DNA from: Polyangia bacterium | GTDB lineage: Bacteria; Myxococcota_A; Polyangia; JAAYKL01 | Length of the DNA: 64,000 nt | Direction of reading: 5' to 3' | Assembly: GCA_050287845.1 (NCBI GenBank) | Contig: JBNKCR010000012.1 | Coordinates: 38,124-102,123, forward strand | In this document: piece after piece, positions 61,381 to 64,000 of the stretch | Layout of the letters: every line of letters starts with the position of its first letter | How positions within the stretch are numbered: the stretch's first letter is position 1 | Notes under the pieces: model-generated | Seen by the model: only the letters and a program-made list of their open reading frames with translations | Databases searched by the model: none | What the model was told of the DNA's origin: nothing | Made by a program: the position numbers and the translations under genes

Positions 61381-62005
61381 GTCAACATGTCCCAGTGAAG
61401 CGATGTGCTTCAGGGGAGCGGGCAGATAACGACACAACGAGATATTTGTTTTTAATCAGGCACGGATTTGTGCGTGGATAGCGTGTAAAAATTCATGCAA
61501 TGCATTTAGTGGGCATTTTCAAGCTATTTTTTTCTTAATGATTTTCATGCTTTGCTGAATTAAATCCTGAAAAATATCGATTTATTTAAAACTAAATAAT
61601 TTTTTGTCTAATGATTTCGTGGTGTTAGATGTTTTTTAATCTATTATTTATTTAAAATTAATTTTAATTATTTATTCCAGCACTCTTTAAACCCAACAGC
61701 GCGCACTCAGAACCATCAATAATTCACAGTACGAATAAAAAATAAAATAAATCCCAAATAATTGCTAAAAACCGATTGGGTTACGGCTTCGTTGGCGTAT
61801 TTTTTTTCAGAAAATGCTCGAATATTGCTTTCAACATGCTGTTACAGATTTCTGAATGTCATTTTATCTAATGATTTCAGTGAAATGTTGCGAAACAAGC
61901 CGAGCGCAAACGGGGCGCAAACCGAAAACAACCGCCTGCAACACCGGCCATTGTAGAGTGAAGCAAAGAGGGTTTAAGAATCTCAATCATTGGTTATGCA
62001 TGTGC

Positions 62006-62152
62006 TCAATGTTGCTCAGTGTCAGCAAGATGGTTGGTATTCGATGCCTTATATTTGGCGGCTTCGATAAACAAAGCGGTATGCCCCCGGTGGATGGCAT
62101 TGTGAATAATGTTTTTGGCAATCATCGTTTTACCGAGTCCAGTGACTCCGAT
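62006..62152 (-). pseudogene. fragment of IS21-family IstB / DnaC-like ATPase
   Basis: Hand translation IGVTGLGKTMIAKNIIHNAIHRGHTALFIEAAK...*; Walker A and following helix/strand only. Confidence 0.65.
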
Positions 62153-62158
62153 GGGTGG

Positions 62159-62779
62159 TCAGGCCCAGTTTGCTGGTCGCGTGATGACAAATCCTCCAGG
62201 TGTGGGGATTTTTTCAGGCAATTGTGCTCCGGCAATTTTAGCACGTCCGATGGTGAAGTGTCCATGCGCGGTATTTTGTAAATCTTTTGAAAATCGACCA
62301 GGGGGAAACGCGACAGTGATGCGTTTTTTGGAGTAGCTGCCTTTTACTGCTTTGATTGGTCCGACCAAATCACTGTCGCCACTGATGACAATTGCGCGAT
62401 CATATGCATCTGTAAAAGCATCTTTAAGGAGGGCTACAGCGATATTCACATCGGTTTTTTTTTCCTCCGGCATTCTGAATGTGGTTTTGCAATTGGGGCA
62501 ATACACCGGTTTGGTGAGATAGTGGCCGTAAGTGACTTGGGTTTGTCCCAGAGCGTCGAGCGCATCCAGATATGTCGATTGGCGCTTCGCTTTTTGAGGG
62601 TCTCGCGGCGTCGGCAGCACGCGCGCGGTGAAGTACTTTACCGCCGCCAGGGTCTCTCCGGGCTTCAGCAGAGAAAGCGACAGCTGATGAACATCCAGCC
62701 AATAGTATCTTTTCCAGCCTTTACTTCTGATGCCGTAAAATAGATTGAATCCGTCAATATAAACAATAACCTTGCTCAT
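62159..62779 (-). CDS. NYN domain (LabA/DUF88, PIN-like) nuclease
   Basis: VYIDGFNLFY, VKYFTA, EEKKTDVNIA, ISGDSDL; all catalytic Asp motifs present. Confidence 0.92.
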   Translation of the reverse strand: MSKVIVYIDGFNLFYGIRSKGWKRYYWLDVHQLSLSLLKPGETLAAVKYFTARVLPTPRDPQKAKRQSTYLDALDALGQTQVTYGHYLTKPVYCPNCKTTFRMPEEKKTDVNIAVALLKDAFTDAYDRAIVISGDSDLVGPIKAVKGSYSKKRITVAFPPGRFSKDLQNTAHGHFTIGRAKIAGAQLPEKIPTPGGFVITRPANWA

Positions 62780-62884
62780 TGGCGGACTATATCCACAATC
62801 CACAGCGTAAGTAAAACTTGAAATGAAAAATCAGTTTTGCTAACTTTACAATTGAAATTTGGACAGCATATTTGTATTAAGCTT

Positions 62885-62947
62885 TTGAAGCACCCCCGAA
62901 GATAGCATCTTCGGGTTGACGCCCCGTTTTCGGGGCGTTTTTTTTTG
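62885..62947 (+). ncRNA. candidate small structured RNA divergent from the NYN gene
   Basis: Adjacent hairpins CCCGAAGAT-agc-ATCTTCGGG and ACGCCCCG-tttt-CGGGGCGT followed by a T-run; promoter-like TTGAAA-N17-TATTAA at 62852-62880; no + strand gene to terminate. Confidence 0.4.
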
Positions 62948-63004
62948 CCTTGTGGTTGATTCGAAGCCAATCATTTGGAGCATCAAGTGCCGTGCAATAT
63001 GCCT

Positions 63005-63781
63005 TTAGGGAATGGCAGTTTCATTCCTCGGTACGGTGATATGATATTCTTTGTCTAAACGGCCTTTTGCGTACACAACCCGCTTGCCTCTGCCGAGGTC
63101 GACTTTTGTTACATCAACATGTTCCAACCATGGATGTTCGAAATCCGACGCCATCCACAAAAACACGCGTTTTACTTTGATTGAGCGGCACGCTACCAAT
63201 AGACGCTGCACTTCTTTGGGGCGCAGGCTGGTCAATCCATCAAAAACGGTACGCGCTGCATCAAAGTCGTTATTGGTTTTCACTAGAGAGAGCATTTCAA
63301 ATGCTGCCCGTTCCGGCGATGAGATTTGGATTTCAAACCCTTTATGAGGAACACTCGAAAGCGAGGCACTCGCGGACAGGTCGAACAGCACGCCGCTGTG
63401 ATGTTCGATACTCGTCCCCCAATCATATCTTTTAAACCAGTCTGGCAGTCTCTCAGGGCCATCAGAGAACAAGTGAACCGTTTCGTCTGCCATGGGGAGG
63501 TAATGCCCCAGTCCTTTCATTTGCAGAGCAGTCAACCCGCCTGCATGGACTGAGAGTCCCAATTGCGATTGCATCGCATACATTCCCCCTTGCCAATCCA
63601 CGGTGTCACCGGTGCGGATATACGCACCGCGGCCTATTCGTGTCAGCCAATCCGATGCCACATATTTTCTGGCCAGCTCCTTGGGGATGCTGTTCTCTGC
63701 CAGAAACTGAGATGTGATTACAGCGTTGGGAGGTGCCTTTTGGAGCAAATGGTTTAATTTGTGTGATTTTAGGGTACCCAT
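63005..63781 (-). CDS. abiEi: type IV toxin-antitoxin AbiEi family antitoxin
   Basis: KLNHLL...WLTRIGRGAY, HAGGLTAL..GLGHY, SSPERAAFE, LRPKEVQRLL..CRSIKVKRVF, VDLGRGKR. Confidence 0.88.
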   Translation of the reverse strand: MGTLKSHKLNHLLQKAPPNAVITSQFLAENSIPKELARKYVASDWLTRIGRGAYIRTGDTVDWQGGMYAMQSQLGLSVHAGGLTALQMKGLGHYLPMADETVHLFSDGPERLPDWFKRYDWGTSIEHHSGVLFDLSASASLSSVPHKGFEIQISSPERAAFEMLSLVKTNNDFDAARTVFDGLTSLRPKEVQRLLVACRSIKVKRVFLWMASDFEHPWLEHVDVTKVDLGRGKRVVYAKGRLDKEYHITVPRNETAIP

Positions 63782-63882
63782 GGTACTCTTTTTGTCATGA
63801 TTTTAAACTTCATGCAAGAATTGGTTTGATTTGGTTTGTTCTAGGGTACTATCGGTATACTAAAATAACAAATTTTAAACCA
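63751..63882. promoter_or_regulatory. two related inverted-repeat operators over the abiEi start/promoter
   Basis: GGTTTAATTT...TAGGGTACCCATGGTAC...TTTTAAACT (63751-63809) and GGTTTGATTT...TAGGGTACTATCGGTATAC...TTTTAAACC (63823-63882). Confidence 0.55.
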
Positions 63883-64000
63883 TATCAGACAAATTCTTTG
63901 CATTTGTGCATGAGTGAAGGTGTTTTGTCTGATTTCCGGCACGGCAAACTGCACATGTGGAAAGGAATGAATCGCTGCCAATCCGCGTTCCCTAAATATG

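Larger units (their letters stand above)
55175..64000. mobile_element. tRNA-Thr-associated integrative element (phage-satellite/IME-like), right end outside the window
   Basis: Begins at the tRNA 3' end; tyrosine integrase, excisionase-like gene, Rep with iterons, NYN and AbiEi cargo; visibly more AT-rich; no second att copy seen in the window. Confidence 0.8.

Noticed and set aside
62153..62161. Selenocysteine/readthrough fusion of NYN to the ATPase fragment
   Set aside because: NYN is complete at the TGA, the downstream piece is only a partial ATPase, and no SECIS-like hairpin was recognised.

Overview
Bacterial chromosomal window. Gene content (DT-repeat lipoproteins, PEGA/TPR protein, Ser/Thr kinase fold, an atp operon lacking atpB/E, a sigma54 promoter) suggests a deltaproteobacterium or Myxococcota member; this is inference. 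Left to right: a truncated large gene, a GH43 lipoprotein and an ABBA-type aromatic prenyltransferase fusion; then a surface module (pseudokinase, ~2460-aa ZU5/EGF/LRR lipoprotein, LamG lipoprotein, TPR-PEGA protein, Cys-rich lipoprotein); a porin + CotH pair; a sodium:solute symporter; a sigma54-type operon of ADP-forming acyl-CoA ligase, CoA-transferase-GNAT fusion and deacetylase; ttcA, pdxA, a GAF protein and atpF'FHAGDC. Next comes a second giant EGF lipoprotein, followed by the best novel-system candidate: a RiPP-like cassette with a 56-aa precursor missing from the ORF track (45129-45299), an HPr-kinase-like protein, a PqqD/RRE, a radical SAM/SPASM enzyme and an S24/S26 peptidase. After a hybrid kinase, a CoA-activase and OsmC lies tRNA-Thr(CGT), bordered by an integrative element running off the window. 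The element carries a tyrosine integrase whose first 37 bp are duplicated at the start of the upstream lipoprotein gene, an excisionase-like gene, a Rep gene with 45-bp-periodic palindromic iterons, an IstB relic, an NYN nuclease with a candidate divergent small RNA, and an orphan AbiEi antitoxin. All family assignments come from motif recognition by eye; no database searches were run.
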